This document shows, piece after piece, positions 51,931 to 64,000 of a stretch of 64,000 nt of DNA. The first letter of the stretch is position 1. Every line of letters starts with the position of its first letter. The position numbers and the translations under genes were made by a program. Source of the stretch: Eledone cirrhosa (lineage: Eukaryota); the NCBI GenBank assembly GCA_964016885.1, contig OZ024740.1, forward strand, positions 140,616,001-140,680,000, written 5' to 3'. The notes below the pieces were generated by a model. It was given only the letters and a program-made list of their open reading frames with translations, was not told the origin of the DNA and did not search any database.

Positions 51931-54900
51931 TTATAGAGAAGGAGTGTAGCTGATTCAACAGACCTTAGAATAAAAATATATACTGGAATGACTGCTAAAA
52001 ACTGGTGTTGGTAGGGATTGAACTCAGAACTAAGAGGAGGGAGGGGATTAAAAACTGCTTTGCATTTAATTTAACATTCTGCAGCCAAAGCTATATCAGT
52101 GGCAAATTAAGTGGCAGAGACTGACTGAGCTGTAGCCAGGGGCCTTAAAATATTGCTACCATAAATAATACACAAGAGCTCCAATGAAATTTTCAGCCAG
52201 AGGCTCTCTGCAAGCCTAAACTGCTCCTGATACCCATCTCCATTGCACTTGCACCAGTTATTAATTACTTTGAAACTGATACTTAAACCTATAGTTGTAG
52301 GTGGTTGGTTATAGGGTGGGGGGTATAGTTAATGAAACTAATTCCCTGAACTTAGCAGGATTTGAACTAGGGACATAGGATGAAACTAAATACACCAATG
52401 CTTGCTAGTTCAACACTCTACTGTCTCTGCTGCGATTGCATCAGTTAAATTATTGATTTCTCTTTTGACTTGGCATTTGACCAACGTTTGTGCTGTAGTC
52501 AGTCATGGTCATTGCCCTACCATCCCACCAGTCTTTCTCTTCATCCTCATCTACCATCACTCCTCCCTATCATCCTCTTCACACAAGTTAAATATTAACA
52601 TCACAGTAATTATTCACACTGCTGTTTTTTCATGATACCATACGAGAAGAATATTCTAATTATTTTATGTTTTATTTTTTTTTCACTTTCATTTTTGGCC
52701 AACAGTAGCCTGACTAGGTATTGATTTTGCTAACCTACCAGGAAGTTATTAAATATCGATTGACTTTATTTTGAATAGGCCTGCCAATTTTTGTAAGGGA
52801 AGAGATTCATTTTATTTTATTGCTTAGTCAAGAAGAAGAGCAACCATTTTCAGGGCTTCCCAGACTGTCGGAATGGAGGATAAAGAGAGGAAAGTTATCC
52901 CCAGACAGAAGACCTGGCCTGAATACTTGCAGCAGGTGAACTCTGTCAAAGTCACACAAGGGCCAGGTGATGGTGTTAAACCAAGAAATGGAGTAACACT
53001 TTTAATATTAAACTGCCTGAAAATGTCTCCATTTCTAAAATTCAAAACTTTGCATTAAATTTTTTCCATTTTTCTAAAAACTTTCCATCAGAATTTTATG
53101 TAAGAATTTTTGTTATGTTATATACCAAACACCAACTTAATATTAAGAAAGTTAGTTACTTTGCTAAATTGCTCCAAATTCTTGATTATTTTCAAAATTA
53201 TTTGAATATGAAAAGCAGTGTCTTTCATTAGAAATATGGTAACAAAAGGATTAAGTCTACCACCCAAGTGAACCATGGAGGGATTTGAACTCAGGATGCA
53301 AAGAGTTGGAACAAATACTTTAATGCATCCTAACCAGCATTCTACCGATACTTCTAGTTCACCACCCAAGACTGTTTCTTCATTTCTTGATGTAGATTAT
53401 TGAACTAATTCTGGTAAAGGTGGCAAATTGGTAGTCATTGGAATGTTGGATACAAATTCCTTGTGGGATTTCTTGTGGCTCTCTGCACTCTAATTCAAAA
53501 TCCCACTGAGATCAATTTTGTCCTTCATCCTTTTAAGGCTGATAAATAAAGTTTTAGTTCAGAGTGGTGAATTAGCAGAATTGTTAAAGCATCAGTTGAA
53601 ATATGCCTTGTAGTATATGTTCTGGTTTTGTTTGTCCTGAGTTTAAATGCTGCTTCCTGTCACCAGAAAAATGGTGATGGGATAGGACTGGGAACTCCCT
53701 AACTTTGAAAATGCCCAAGAAATCTCTGATGAGATGCAACCTTATAGAAGGCTAGCTAAATCTATACAGGTGTGAGTTATAACAACAACAGTATATTACT
53801 AGTACTTGTTTTATTATCCTCAGGAGGAATGAAAGCTAATATTTTCATCTCTAACTATGATAGAGGAAAAAAAAACTATGTATTAATCTTTCTTGAGGCC
53901 AGAGGTTCATCAGTCCCGAACTCATTCCAGTGTTAAGCAACTAATAGTATAAGACTCCCCCACTGGACAAGATGCCAATATGTTGCAATATGCTGCCATT
54001 GGTTCAGCTGAGTGGACTGCAATTATCTGAAATGTACTTTACTCAAGGACACAATGTACCGCATGGTTCTGGCATTAAACTCACAACTTTCCAATCATGA
54101 GCCTCATACCCTAAACATGTGCCTTCACAGGTGCAAGGTCTAGTGTGTTTTTTTGTATGTATGTATGTCAGGTTGCTATTGAGTGCTACCGGTAACATGT
54201 AACCCAGTACAACCTGTCTCATGGCCGGGTTGTCGGCGATTAAACTAGCAACCCCACCAAGCTTGCTTGGTGAAGAGGGTGATATTTGGACACCCTGCGG
54301 GATGAAATACAAGACCCGGCAAAGGGTAGAGGAATTCAGCAGAGTCAACGACCATCCAAATTGTACTTTTTTTTTTTCACCTGAGAGTGAAAGGCCCCCA
54401 GTTGTTGTCACAAGACTTTTCTAGGTGAGGGAAACTCTGAAAAAAAAACCTGTGGCTTCGGAAGCATCCGATGATGTTGACCAGTTCTCTTTTTCGGGTA
54501 GTGTTTTCGATGCTCAGAGAGTGGGATTGGTCGAGTCCAAGGCCTTTCCCCACTTAAAAAACCTTCAAAGCACAGGCATTGCTTGTTCAGGATCATGTTA
54601 CAGGTTTGTGCGGCTGGCCCTAGCCTAAAACTCTATAATCTGACAAGCGATTGCAATACTCTTAGCAGATTTTGCAGCCATCATGTATGTGTGTGTGTGT
54701 GTGTATGCATGTGTGTATGTATGTACCTGTAATTCCTGGTAGAGGCGTAATAAATATGACATATCTTTAAGCTGGAAAAGCCCATTTCTCTCTAGGTCTG
54801 ATCATAGCCAATTTCTTCCAGAAAAAGGGAGAGTGAAAGCAAGGAAAGGAGAAAGAATTGACCCCAGTACTGGACTGGTACATTTTTTAATCTTTAACTT

Positions 54901-55896
54901 CAAAATGATGAAAGGCAAAGTTGACCTTGGTGGCATTCAAATTCAGAGCACAGAGAGCGGCAAAACATGATGTTAACACGACTCTGCCAATTAACTGCCT
55001 CTTTTATATTAAGACTGAACTTTATTTAGACTGTTTTGCTGATCACTTACTTTCACCATTCTCTTAAACAGTAAAATATTGCTTTCTTTTTTAATTGGAA
55101 GACCAACTCTTGATTGAGGCTAGTAATCTTTTATTTTATTATTTTACATTCTTTTGCTAGTTTCAGTAATTTTACTGGGATCTAATCATGCTGGGGCACA
55201 ACCTTCAAGAGGGTTTTAGTTGATTGTATACTGGGGCACTGTTGTATGTATGTGTGTGTTTGTGAGCATGCATGCAGGCATACAATGGAAGACTGCACAA
55301 TTTAGTCAATGATATAAAAAGAAATGTAGCTTGTCTATGAGGAAAATCATTCCAATTATATAATACTGCACAAAGTAGATGTGACCTCTGTAAACTGTAA
55401 TGAAGGCAACCCATCTTGGAGAGCAGAGCCTCTGAATAAAAACCGATACAGGATACAGAGGTCATTTAAGTCCTGACAAATAACCTCTCTAGTGCTGGTG
55501 ACATGACAAAATACACTTAGTTCATGCTGTAAAGTGGTTATTGGTAGGAGGGGTCTCCTTGCAGAAAAACCATGCCAAAAGACATGATCGGTATAACTTA
55601 TAATCATTATCATCATCTATCCACCCTATAAAAGTATGGTAAAGTAGATGTAAAATAGTAATAATAGTGATGGTGTTGATGATGGTGATGGTGATAATGA
55701 TGATCATGATGATAATGACCACTGAGACACCTTTGATCATTGCTTTTCTCTACCAGGGCTGATCTGGAGCTAAACAACAAATTCATTAAAAACCCCAAAT
55801 TATCAAATGTTTTTAGATATTTGAATACAGTTTCATCAACAGTTATTTAGCTTTATGTACATTACTTCTTTTCTTTTCTTACTTTTCTTCTTATAG

Positions 55897-55949
55897 AGGA
55901 AAAAAACTAAATTTAACTGCTCAGATTTCATGACAGAATATCTGTACAA
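55897..55949 (+). CDS. IQCK: IQCK coding exon 4 (53 nt); gene continues beyond window
   Basis: Long polypyrimidine + TTATAG acceptor, RKKTKFNCSDFMTEYLY, then AA|GTAAGT donor. Matches IQCK RKRTKFIACDFLTEWLY. Confidence 0.92.
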
Positions 55950-56114
55950 GTAAGTTAACCCTTTTGATACCAAACCACCCGAAACTACAATACTAAGCTA
56001 TTTTTTTAAAGTGTTTATATTTATAAAAAAAACTTTCCATCATAATTTTATGTAAGAATCTTTTTTTGAAGCTGTGCATTATATATACATCAGCTTAATA
56101 ATGAAATATTCAGC

Positions 56115-57650
56115 AACTAGAAGCTAAATCTGTATTTCTGCCATACAAAGCACATAGAAACTAGATTAGTGATCTAGTTAAGTGGCAGTTGATGGGGGCA
56201 ATTGGCAACAACTGGTAGGGTGAGGTCCTCTAAAGAGAGTGATTTTAATAGAATCATGAAGGTTTAGTAATGAAATTGTGATAGAGGGGAAAATAGTCAG
56301 CAACTTAGAAGAGGTGATTAGGAAAGGCACTGCAGCTGATGTGCTAGTAGCAACTATAGCCCCCAACCATTTTTTCAATGGAAAACAAAGTTTGCATTGT
56401 TAGAGCTAAAGTATGTGCTCTAACACATGAAGGGATGAAAACTATTTGATGGGCTCACCCCACCCAGATAGCAGAGGTGCAATGTGCCAACAAAACCACA
56501 ATTAAGTCTTTGATGGACTTGGATGGATGTGAGCTACTTGATTCCAAGTGGGTGTGTGTGGCCTTTCAGCAGCACTTTGTTCAACTGTTTGGGAGTAAAC
56601 AGTAAACCAGAGATGGGGGGGGGGGGACTTTATTGCTTACCTTGATGGCCTACCACAACTCTCAATGGAAGATAAAGAGTGCTATGAAAAGCTGATATGA
56701 GAAGCTGAAATATTGATGGTGGTAAGTTTGAATGGTCTGCCTATGAACTTTACATACATATAGCAAACTTGTTTATTGGCAGATATCTACTGCAACTAAT
56801 AGCAGAAGGGGAGAATTCCCAGTTTTGTGAACCAAAGAGTGGTAATGTTGCTGAGGTAAGATGCAAACAAAGGGGACGTATTTGGTAATTTATGGCCCAT
56901 AACTCTGTTCAACACAGAGTTTAGTATTTTGACCAAGGTGTTGTCATTGGTAGTTTGGTTGAAAAATTACAAACTTATTCAATCCTGAATAGATCTATTC
57001 ATGACAACCTTTACCTCACGCTGTATGTCTTAGGGAGAGTAGGTAATAAACCTGGCTTTGGTGGGGTTCTGATCAATTTGGATCAATTAAAAGCTTTCAA
57101 TAGGGTTAATCATCAATACTTGGTAACTGACCTGAAGGCAACTTCCTTCTGTTCCGTTTTAGTGGCTGGATTGCTTTAATCCTCAGTGGCATTCACTCAA
57201 TAATCAGAATAAATGGACACCTCGTAGAACCATTTTGAATCATGCAATCAGTCCATGAAGGTTGTCTTCTCTCATCCCTTCTGTATGTACTGGCACTTGA
57301 GTCACTACTGTGGAAACTTTAGGTGTTGAAAGGCATCCTACTCAAACTAGAACATAGAAGGGACATGTTGGCATATGTGAAGGATGTCACAGTAATGGTG
57401 TCAGACACCATGGAAATCGAAGTAGTCATCACCATTTTAAAGGAATGTGAAGTGGTAACAGAAGTAAAAATCAGCCTGGACAAGCTGGTGGGCTTGTAGT
57501 TTGGCTTCTGGAGAATCAAGTCCATGTCATTGTGTGCTGGACAGATGGACCAGGGTCATTTTCTTTGTTTTTATTTGGGATTTTGTTATATTATTATTTT
57601 TTTTTACACAACTACATGATGTAGCCCCTTCCCACTGTGCTTTGTATTTT
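56115..57650 (+). mobile_element. Heavily decayed Tx1 ORF2 fragment, related to the element at 17872
   Basis: ORF 56955..57179 (RSIHDNL...LINLDQLKAFNRVNHQYL) is collinear with the ORF2 region at ~20770-22260. Confidence 0.85.
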
Positions 57651-57839
57651 GTCCTCATCATCATCATCATCACCGTTTTACGTCCGTTCTTCCATGCTAG
57701 CATGGGTTAGAATGCCATACTACCCAAATCATCTTTGTGCTCTTGTGAAAAATAAAGAAATTATTATCATTATTATTATTCGTAATTATTTGGATAATTG
57801 CTGGCCTTGTGCCTAAAGTAGAAACAATTATTATTATTC

Positions 57840-60800
57840 GTAACACTTTTGTTTTGGTAGATGATATACTGACACTATACCAAAAGAGCAAGCCACAGCC
57901 AATGGCCAAAAGTCCTTTGAGTCATTCCTTCTTTGACTTTCCAACACCTTTCTTATAATTCTTGCTGTTCCCAGCAAGGCTGTTTTCTTCAACAATCCTG
58001 ACCTGGTGGTAATTCCTAGCTTCTCAAACCATGCATCCAACCTTCTACTAACTGCTCCCAGTGCGACAACCACAACCGATACCACTTCTACGTGTCTGAT
58101 TCTCCACACTTTCCTGATTTCTCTCTTCAGCTCCTGATATTTCTCAATTTCCTCACTTTCATTCCCTGTGGTACCTTGATAAAGCAATATCCACAATATT
58201 GTTATTCCTTTCTACGACAACAATGTCAGCTTTCTAGCCACGACAAAATGATCACACTGGATGGTCATGTCCCACAAGATCTTATACTGATCATTTTCAG
58301 CCACCCTTTCTGATTGGTGTTCATTCCATTTCTCACTTCTGCTCATGTCATACTTATGACAGAGCTTTCAATGAATCAATCTAACAATGTTGTTGTGTCT
58401 TCTCTTCTACTCTTTTTGAGTACATCTTACATTCACTAATAATTGTTTCTACATTTAGCACAAGGCCAGCAATTATCTTAGTGTATTACTGGTACTTTAT
58501 TTCATCGACCCCGTAAGGATGAAAGGCAAAGTTAACCTCAGCGGGATTTGAACTCAGACCATACCTTTCTCACCCCACAGCCTACAAAGTGAGGAATTCA
58601 CTGACTTGTCAATATTGAACTTGATATAGTTCGTTCTCAGTGCCTGTTCCTGGGCTGCAAAAATAAGGGCCTCAGCTTTTAAGTCACTTTTCCTAGTTTA
58701 TTCCCAGTTCCTATATTTGTCAACTGTCTTAGGCATTTCATGTACAAATTTATCATACATTTTTTACTTCCATCTATTCAATGTGTCATTCTGTCTGTCT
58801 TGTTTAAATTCTTCATTTTCCTTTGCTTCATCACTGTTTAGGACCTTTATCTTCTTACTCCTGCCATCAATCTCTCCTTTGAATACTTTACATACCATGT
58901 CAGATTATTTTCCTCAGACTTCATACACATTTCACAGCTGATAAGACCTCTTCCTCCTCTCTGTTGTAATAGATACAATCTGGCTATGTCACTTTTGGGG
59001 TGTAGAGCTCTTTGTAGTGTCATCATTTTTCTGGTTTTTCTATCAAGCTCCTTAAGTTCATCACATCTCTACTCTATCACACCAGCACTATACCTTAACA
59101 CTGCAACAACCCATGTGTTGATAGCCAGTATCTTATCCCTACCACTTATCTTCGTCTTTAACACCAACTTCAGTCTCCATTTATATTCCTTTGATAATAG
59201 TTCTTTTATTTCCTTTTCTTTCATTTGGTTTGTTTCCAGGATCCCTAAGTACTTATACCCGATGTCATCAATTTCCTTCATAATTTGTCCATCTGGTAAT
59301 TCAATTCCTTCCATCTTATTAATTCTATCTTGCTTCAGTAGTAGCACCCCACATTTTTTAATGCCAAATTCCATTCCTATATCCGTACTGAATGTATGAA
59401 CTGTCTGTACAAGGGAATCAATATGTTCATAGGATTTCCCATAAAGTTTTAGGTTTTCCATAAACAACAGATGGTTTATCTTAAACCTATGTCCTCCCCA
59501 CTTGTAACCAGCCTTTGACCTTCTTAACACCAATGAAAGTTCAACCATACACAATATAAGCAGCAAAGGTGAAAAACTGTCCCTGAAATATTCCTCTCTT
59601 GATCTTCACAACTGCCAATGTTTGTCTACATGATGTCAGCTCAGTCTTCCAACCATCCATACTGCTTACCAGTAACTGTCTAATGTTAGGTGCTATACCA
59701 AACATTTTCAAACATTCTACTATCCAGCTATTTCGTACCATATCGTAAGCCTTGATTCAGACTATGGCAAGATTTGTGTGTCTCCTTTTACAATCTTTAA
59801 GGATCGCTTTATCAATCAACAATTGATCCTTAGTCCCCTTGCCTCTCCTCCTACATCCCTTCTGCTCTGCAGGTAGTGTCTCCTCCAGGTATTCATACAT
59901 TGCCTCAGCAATGACACCTGTCATACATTTCCACATAAGAGGGAAGACAGAGATAGGTCTAAAGTTGACAATTATATTTCCATTGCTGGAGTCCTTCAAA
60001 CAAAAGATGATTCTCCCAATGGTTAGCCATTCTGGCAGCCCATCTTTTCCATTCAAGATCTTATTCAGCTGCTCAGCAATTCTCCCATAAAGAACCCTCA
60101 GATTTTACAACCAGAATCCTTGCACATCGTCTCTGCCGGGAGCTTTCTAATTTGGTATCTTTCTACACTGAATAGTTATCATATCAGTTATCTCCAATTC
60201 TCCCTGTTGATTATCCCCAATGTTATATTTGATGTTAGTCAGCCACTCCAAACTTCTGTTGTGCTCTTTTCCTATACTCCAGATATCACTCTAAAACTTC
60301 TTACTTTCATCCACATCAGGGATTACATCATCATTCCTAACCACGCCATTTACCTCCTGATAGAATCTCTTCTGATTTTGTTGGACACGTACATTCTGTT
60401 TATACTGCATGATCCATTGTCCATACCTCTAATCTTTGCAGCTGTGGCAAGTACCTTTTGTTTCAGTTCTTCAATTACCGTAGTAATCTTTCTCCTGATA
60501 TTATACTTCCCTGTAAGTTGTTCAATCTTTCCACCTTTTTTTAATTCACCTCGTTTTTCCCTTTCCAGAATATTAATATCTTTTCTAAGCATTGTGATGT
60601 CTCCTTCAATTCTCCTTTTCCACCATGTTTCCTTGATCTGCTTTTGTGTAGTCTGTTTCAGACCTAACTCTTTAGCAATGTAGATACTTGCAGCGTGATG
60701 CGATTGTTGGTTTCTGTGATGGTTCTAGTTGGCACCTTCTCAAGGATGTTGTTTACTTTGATAGTTATTTCTTTGGTTTGCTTTTTAAAATTGTTTTGGA

Positions 60801-61530
60801 TTATTGCCTCCTGATCTCCAATATATCAGCAATCATCTGTCTGTCTTTTTCTGATATGCCCTTCAGTTCATCAATGTTAATCTCACCTCCCGCATCATCT
60901 CGAATATTCAGTTCCTCTTCTTCCTGTTGGATTCCATCATTTTTCGTACTCTCGTCTCTATTTGAATCTCCACATCCTGAGCTTCTGTATCCTCCACACC
61001 CTTCTGGCTTATCTTTTTCTTTATCATTTCAATCTCAATCTCAGATAGCCATCAGTTTTTGCCCATTACACTTGCCCGATCACAAATCCTTTCTTCAGTT
61101 ACTTCAAAGAGCCCCATCTCCTGCCATACTTGTAACAACCTTTGTATATATCCTCTAATTGACACACCATTTCCATTCACAGGCCTACTTCTAATATAAC
61201 ACTCCACAACTGCCTTGTTTACCTCCTTACTCCACTTCATTCTAGCAGTATCATGACGACCGAGCCTGTGCTGCCTAACCACAGGGCACCTGCAGGAAGA
61301 AGCACCTTCACTAGTAGCTCCAGCACCATTCATATCTTTGTGTAAACAAATATTTTGATTCATTTCACTTATTGAGGTTAGTGGTTTTAAGGTACCACTA
61401 TGACCAGTGTTTTTTGTCTTGAGACACCATCTCCAGAGGGTGACGTAAACAACTTTAAGGAACCCTCAAACCTTAAAAGTGAAGTGAGCTATTCTATGCT
61501 GGTCACCAATCCAGTATTTTCTACTCCATA
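57840..61530 (-). mobile_element. Near full-length Dong/R4-clade (RLE) non-LTR retrotransposon, decayed
   Basis: N-terminal MKWSKEVNKAVVECY; RT (RPISVFP, EQKGCRR, GIFQG, NHLLFME, YKYLG); C-terminal RLE region KYQELKREI...VVALGAV...KTALLGTARIIRKVL. Bounded by (TAA)n tracts. Confidence 0.9.
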
Positions 61531-61557
61531 GTTATTATTATTATTATTATTATTATT

Positions 61558-64000
61558 GAATGCCATGGTTGACGGAGGCTCGGCTCTGTAAGGTATAGTA
61601 ATTTTTAACCGTTAAAACAATTGTAAATTGTTTAAAACTTGAACCAAATTGTTGATAAAGACACCCTCCTCCTCGTGAGAGGGGTCTTTCTGTCCGTTAT
61701 TTGGCCCTTCGGGGTTAAATAACCAGTTATTGGGGTTTTGTACCCAAAATTTCATTTTAAACAAAAAAACAACATGGCTACGAAAAAGAAATTTCATACG
61801 TCACTCCCACTCATTCCGTCTTCTTCTTCCTCAATCATCACTACAGCAGAGAGAAGATTGTCTCTCTCCCTCCCTTCTTTAAATGTGTCTCTCTCCCTCC
61901 CTTCTCTTTCGCAAGCGACGAAAGAAAAGAAAAGTCTCGTGCAAAGCGTGCAAGGTTTCTCCACGACGACGACGACAGCGACGAAACAGGTGTGCGGGAA
62001 ATACGAAAACCCAGTTCATTCGTCTGACGTCAGGAATAATAGCAGTAGCAGCCGTAATAACAACAGCAACAGTGACAATGAAAACAACAGTAGCAGCCGC
62101 AACAGCATCACCAGCAGCATAAACAACAACAGCATTAGCAGCAGCAACACCAACAACAACCACAGCAACAGCGGCGGAGGCAGTAGTCGTAGTACCTGCA
62201 GCAACAACAAAAGTACCAGCAGCTCTGACGACAACAACAACAGCAGAGAAAAACCAATCTCATTTGCAGGTATTGCGAAAAACCTGGAAACAATCCTCAT
62301 AACAAATGAGGAATTAGAGGAAGCGAAGAAGATGGTGACAAAGAACGGACACCGAGCAATCTGCAAGGCAGCGAAAAATTTTTTCGAAACCCAAGAGCAC
62401 TGTACGGTCACGTACCGTACAGTAAGTACAAAATCCCGTAGGGTGGAAAGAGCCACAGAGGCCCAAATACAAAAAGCCTTGGGGTCTGTGTGGCAGCGGA
62501 AAACGCACATCACCCGAGGCAAAAAATACGCCACCGTAGACGTACTTTTTGCCACACCCCAGGAGGCAAAGGCCCAATCAGTAGTGACCCTAAGGAGCGA
62601 GGAAATGGTGTTGGTGCCCTCCTACTGCGGGCAAAAAATTGTGAGGGTCAAACTGACCCACGTCCCTCCCGGAATGACCCCTTCTTGGCTGGCCGCGTCT
62701 GTCCTCGTCGGAATCGAGGACAAAACAACTGTACTGCAAGTACAGAAAAAAGTAAGAGAAGATTGGGTCGGCTCCTCCATTGAGATGCTAATCCAAACCA
62801 ACCAGGAGTGCATCGAAGCTATCCCGGATGTGATAGACTTCGATAACGGCACTCAACTGCCCATAAGTGTTGAGGGCAAACGCCCGAAATGCTTTCGCTG
62901 TGGATCGAAGACTCACCTCAGGGCCTTCTGCAACGAGAAGACCATGAGAAAGGAGAAAACCCCCCTCCTCCCGAATCCGGTTCCACGGCTACCAGCAACA
63001 GGACAAGCGGCAACCAGGAACGATAGGTCCGTGGCACCCATACCCACTCCACGGAAATCAAAGACAGCAGCAGCAGTGGAAATATTAACAACAACAACAG
63101 CAATACCAAATGCAGCTGCAACAGAGACTCCAGTGCAAACATCACCAACAACAACAAGTGAAAGAGTGGAGCTGGTACCCCTCCCCGACCTTACAGAATC
63201 AGACATGGAGTGTGAGGTGGGAGAGGGATGGCAAAAGGTCTCAAGAAGGCACAAACGCAGAAGCAGCGCATCGTCGCCTTTGAAAAGGGAGGAAAGAAAT
63301 GAGAAAAGGGTAAAGTCTACTGCAAAGAGACCCACAGCAGCAACACCACCAACACCATCACCACCCACACCAGCACCACCATCACCACCGGCAACAACCC
63401 CACCGCCAACAACACCTTCAACACCACCACCACAAGCACCAACATCGCAAACACAACAACAAAACACACACACCCAGCAACAACGACAAGAAAATAGCAG
63501 AACCACACCCCACCCCCAGAAAAACAAATGCACGGCAATAAACACACACAACAAGAAACTAATGACTTACATAATTGAACACACAGACATTTCACAACAG
63601 GACTACATAATACCAGCACCAATCAAAACGCCAACTAACATAAGACTGCTAAAAATAGCACAGAAACAATACACAAACATTAAAACGAAATTCCCCAACG
63701 CAGTTGGTGATTTCAGGGACCTAGGAGGAACCATTAATCGAAGAGTATATTCAGACATTCTCTTAGAAGAGCCGACGACCAGCCGAAGGGACGATTCAAC
63801 GGTCCCTTCACCAGACGATCAAGTGAAAAGGGATGTAAAAACCATCCCTCCTCTACCAAAAGTACGGTAAGTGGTCTTTCCCATCTTTTCCACTCTATTT
63901 TAAACATGACCTCACTCAGAATAGGCAGCATAAATGCGCGTGGCTTGGGGTCGTCATGGAAGCAGGGTCACCTGCTCAACGACCTCAGGTCACTAAACAT
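61558..64000 (+). mobile_element. Tx1/L1-clade retrotransposon, 5' part (continues beyond window), in (ATT)n
   Basis: Starts right after (TTA)n at 61532-61557. Intact ORF1; ORF2 starts at ATG 63906 (MTSLRIGSINARGL). Confidence 0.92.
61774..63870 (+). CDS. Tx1 ORF1 (gag-like nucleic-acid-binding protein, 698 aa from ATG)
   Basis: Uninterrupted ORF with an Asn/Ser-rich N-terminus, an RRM-like region (KYATVDVLFAT..EAK), a CCHC knuckle CFRCGSKTHLRAFC, a Pro/Thr linker and a basic NLS-like patch. Homologous to the ORF1 at 18086-19998. Confidence 0.85.
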   Translation: MATKKKFHTSLPLIPSSSSSIITTAERRLSLSLPSLNVSLSLPSLSQATKEKKSLVQSVQGFSTTTTTATKQVCGKYENPVHSSDVRNNSSSSRNNNSNSDNENNSSSRNSITSSINNNSISSSNTNNNHSNSGGGSSRSTCSNNKSTSSSDDNNNSREKPISFAGIAKNLETILITNEELEEAKKMVTKNGHRAICKAAKNFFETQEHCTVTYRTVSTKSRRVERATEAQIQKALGSVWQRKTHITRGKKYATVDVLFATPQEAKAQSVVTLRSEEMVLVPSYCGQKIVRVKLTHVPPGMTPSWLAASVLVGIEDKTTVLQVQKKVREDWVGSSIEMLIQTNQECIEAIPDVIDFDNGTQLPISVEGKRPKCFRCGSKTHLRAFCNEKTMRKEKTPLLPNPVPRLPATGQAATRNDRSVAPIPTPRKSKTAAAVEILTTTTAIPNAAATETPVQTSPTTTSERVELVPLPDLTESDMECEVGEGWQKVSRRHKRRSSASSPLKREERNEKRVKSTAKRPTAATPPTPSPPTPAPPSPPATTPPPTTPSTPPPQAPTSQTQQQNTHTQQQRQENSRTTPHPQKNKCTAINTHNKKLMTYIIEHTDISQQDYIIPAPIKTPTNIRLLKIAQKQYTNIKTKFPNAVGDFRDLGGTINRRVYSDILLEEPTTSRRDDSTVPSPDDQVKRDVKTIPPLPKVR

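Noticed and set aside
52873-53058. Possible extra IQCK exon or small ORF
   Set aside because: It lacks IQCK similarity, and exons 51010 and 55897 already join in frame (CFV|RKKTKF). It is probably a repeat fragment.
62016-63622. Antisense ORFs within Tx1 ORF1 (also 19178..19717)
   Set aside because: They are low-complexity shadows of A/C-rich sense codons, with no independent evidence.

Overview
This is eukaryotic, AT-rich, repeat-dense animal DNA. The SINE/RTE repertoire suggests a coleoid cephalopod, probably Octopus (inference). Two intron-containing host genes sit head-to-head and are largely missed by the ORF track. CCZ1 (minus strand) has coding exons at 9543-9611, 3079-3176 and 1436-1526 and continues off the left edge. 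IQCK (plus strand) has coding exons at 10468-10522, 15871-16110, 50913-51010 and 55897-55949 and continues off the right edge. Their ATGs are 856 bp apart, with an RFX X-box and CCAAT boxes in between. Almost everything else is intronic transposon sequence: many RTE/BovB-like LINEs embedded in (TA)n, three Tx1/L1-clade elements, a Dong/R4 element, a CR1 nested in an RTE, RTE-X and L2-like relics, Tc1/mariner and hAT elements, and tRNA-derived SINEs. Four observations stand out. (1) Two Tx1 elements have divergent ORF1s but near-identical ORF2 starts, switching exactly at a GGTAAGT splice-donor motif that overlaps the ORF1 stop; removing a 52/53-nt GT-AG segment would fuse ORF1 to ORF2 in frame in both. 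(2) The Tx1 family appears to target (ATT)n, with an empty-site paralog nearby. (3) RTE and Tx1/Dong elements occupy different microsatellite types. (4) A near-identical inverted SINE pair flanks the symmetric IQCK exon 2. Family assignments come from remembered motifs, not database searches, and repeat boundaries are approximate.
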